DNA of 62,859 bases, filler included. It is 7 parts of 7 records of this genome, joined end to end, with 100 filler letters (N's around TTAATTAATTAA, not from the genome) between each part and the next. Parts side by side here need not be neighbours in the genome. Positions count along the whole stretch, not along the records: positions 56,329 to 62,859 come from SRR31156797_4739; 6 more parts are not named here. One strand, 5' to 3'. A program made the position numbers and the translations under genes. Each line of letters starts with the position of its first letter. Position 1 is the stretch's first letter. A model generated the notes under the pieces. That model saw only the letters and a list, made by a program, of their open reading frames with translations, searched no databases and was not told where the DNA came from. This document shows, one piece after another, positions 61,249-62,859 of this stretch.

Positions 61249-61725
61249 TTAGTCATAATCTTTTCCTATATCTATCCACTCTTCATAATTTGAATATTTT
61301 TCCAACTCTTCAATAGTTAACTCAATTGCACTATTTGAACTCCCGCATGCCGGGAATACTCTGCTAAATCTTTTTAATGATTCATCAAGATAAATTTTTA
61401 CATTCTCTTTTACTCCAAAGGGACAAACACCACCCATAGCATGACCTATTAATTCATCTAAATCATCAGCTTTTATCATTTTAGGTTTTGTGCTAAACTG
61501 CGCTTTAAATTTAGGATTTGCTATTCTTGCATCTCCGGCCATTACTACTAATATTGGATTTTCTTTTCCTAAAAAAGACATTGTTTTAGCTATCTCTTTC
61601 TCTTCACAATTAAGTGCTTTTGCTGCATCTGCAACAGTTGCACTTGATACATTAAACTCTTGGATTTTGTCCTCTATATTCCACGCTTTGAAATATTCTC
61701 TTACATTTTCAATTGCCAACTTCAT
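61249..61725 (-). CDS. YbaK/EbsC-family aminoacyl-tRNA deacylase
   Basis: SSATVADAA.AL...IAKT, GHAMGGVCPFG, VFPACG; ATG at 61725 after GGGGG. Confidence 0.88.
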   Translation of the reverse strand: MKLAIENVREYFKAWNIEDKIQEFNVSSATVADAAKALNCEEKEIAKTMSFLGKENPILVVMAGDARIANPKFKAQFSTKPKMIKADDLDELIGHAMGGVCPFGVKENVKIYLDESLKRFSRVFPACGSSNSAIELTIEELEKYSNYEEWIDIGKDYD

Positions 61726-61834
61726 TCCCCCTATTACTTTTCCAGTTTTAAAAAAAATATTATTCTTGTCTATATACACTTATACAGTGTTTTGAAACTA
61801 ACAAATTTATCATTATCATAATACAAAAAAAGAG

Positions 61835-62695
61835 TTATCTATTACAAAACTCTCTTAATTTCTCAATAAACTCTTTCCCTTGCTGATAACCTATCTCAAA
61901 AGTTTCTTTTAATTTTTCTTTATCTTTTTCTGTTCTGCTTATAGGCAGTTTCGAATCCGGTCGTATTATAAATACTTTCCCGGCTTTCTCTAGATATTCT
62001 AATTCCCTTACAGCTTCATTATATCTTTCATGACGCCTTCTAATTGCTTCTCGAAGTTTCGGATAATTTTTATATAACACTTTTCCTAAAAATTGAAACT
62101 TCATCTTCTCTTTAACAAAACCTTTTGGCTGAGTAAGTATAACCACTAACTTGTCATATCCGTCATCAAAAGCTTTTTTGTATGGAATAGAATCAGTTAT
62201 TCCACCATCAAGAAGTTCTCTATTTTGCATTTTTATCATTTTTGAAGCATATGGCAAACTAGTTGTTGCCTTTAAAGATTCCATCAGGCATTCATTATCA
62301 AACTGATCTATGTAATGAGTTTCACCAGTTTTACAGTTGGTTGTTGTAACTACTAACTTTTGCTCTGATGAATGGAAAGTATCAAAATCAAAAGGAACTA
62401 ATTTAAGCGGGATCTCGTTAAATATAAAATCCATACCAAAAAGTTCACCTTTAGTAAATAACCTCTTAAAACTAATATATCTTTTATCATTTATATATTT
62501 ATATGGAACATTTAGATTTCTGCCTATCTGCTTGGATATATAATTAACTGCATTGCAGGCCCCCATAGAAACACCTATAATATATGGAAATTCTATTTGT
62601 TTTTCAAGAAAAAAATCCAAAATTCCGGCAGAATAGATTCCTCTAAATCCTCCACCCTCTAATACTAATGCAACTTTTTTATTCATAAGTATCAA
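61835..62695 (-). CDS. Patatin-like phospholipase
   Basis: LVLEGGGFRG, GVSMG, LLDGG. Confidence 0.92.
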   Translation of the reverse strand: MILMNKKVALVLEGGGFRGIYSAGILDFFLEKQIEFPYIIGVSMGACNAVNYISKQIGRNLNVPYKYINDKRYISFKRLFTKGELFGMDFIFNEIPLKLVPFDFDTFHSSEQKLVVTTTNCKTGETHYIDQFDNECLMESLKATTSLPYASKMIKMQNRELLDGGITDSIPYKKAFDDGYDKLVVILTQPKGFVKEKMKFQFLGKVLYKNYPKLREAIRRRHERYNEAVRELEYLEKAGKVFIIRPDSKLPISRTEKDKEKLKETFEIGYQQGKEFIEKLREFCNR

Positions 62696-62859
62696 CCTCT
62701 AATATTATTAATTTTCCTAATCTTCTTTTTATTCTAATATTATATCACAACTTACTCTTACAAATCAAAGCCAAATCAGTTATATCAAAGTCAAAATTTT
62801 AACAAAATAATATAAAAAGGGCTTCGCCAACAGAGTGTAAACGAGATTCATGTTTTCAC

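Noticed and set aside
1-62859. CRISPR arrays, tRNA, rRNA, integrases
   Set aside because: None recognised on reading; no repeat-spacer periodicity seen. A short or degenerate element could have been missed without tools.

Overview
This window is not one locus. It is seven unrelated metagenomic contigs joined by 100-nt artificial linkers (N45-TTAATTAATTAA-N43). Taxonomy below is inferred from composition and protein style only. Contig 1 (1-10033, Desulfobacterota-like): glycosyltransferase/methyltransferase/two radical-SAM genes, an internally duplicated exported protein, a GH114-like lipoprotein and two tandem PilT paralogues. Contig 2 (10134-18721, very AT-rich, Campylobacterota-like): a defence island with a Lamassu/ABC three-component operon followed directly by a 1612-aa sacsin-type GHKL ATPase fused to Schlafen-like and TOPRIM domains. 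Contig 3 (18822-25271, Arcobacter-like): housekeeping genes (gpx, uvrC, alr). Contig 4 (25372-34993, Fusobacteriota-like): glyA, a GH13 protein apparently lacking its nucleophile, ispG, rho. Contig 5 (35094-48017, spirochaete-like): a defence island with type I RM + YhcG + PtuAB/Septu, an AT-rich membrane-protein/histidine-kinase/receiver triplet and a Flavo-1-like RNA. Contig 6 (48118-56228, Fusobacteriota-like): a porin, asnS, ptsHI and a stand-alone TnsB-like protein with its DDE triad substituted, next to a candidate ~150-nt small RNA with two identical C-rich loops. Contig 7 (56329-62859): flgM/comF/yraN/fliK-like/rnhB/rluD. The best candidates for undescribed systems are the sacsin-Schlafen-TOPRIM fusion coupled to Lamassu, the dead-TnsB plus sRNA pair, and the kinase/receiver/membrane triplet in the RM island. 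All family calls come from motif recognition by eye; no searches were run.
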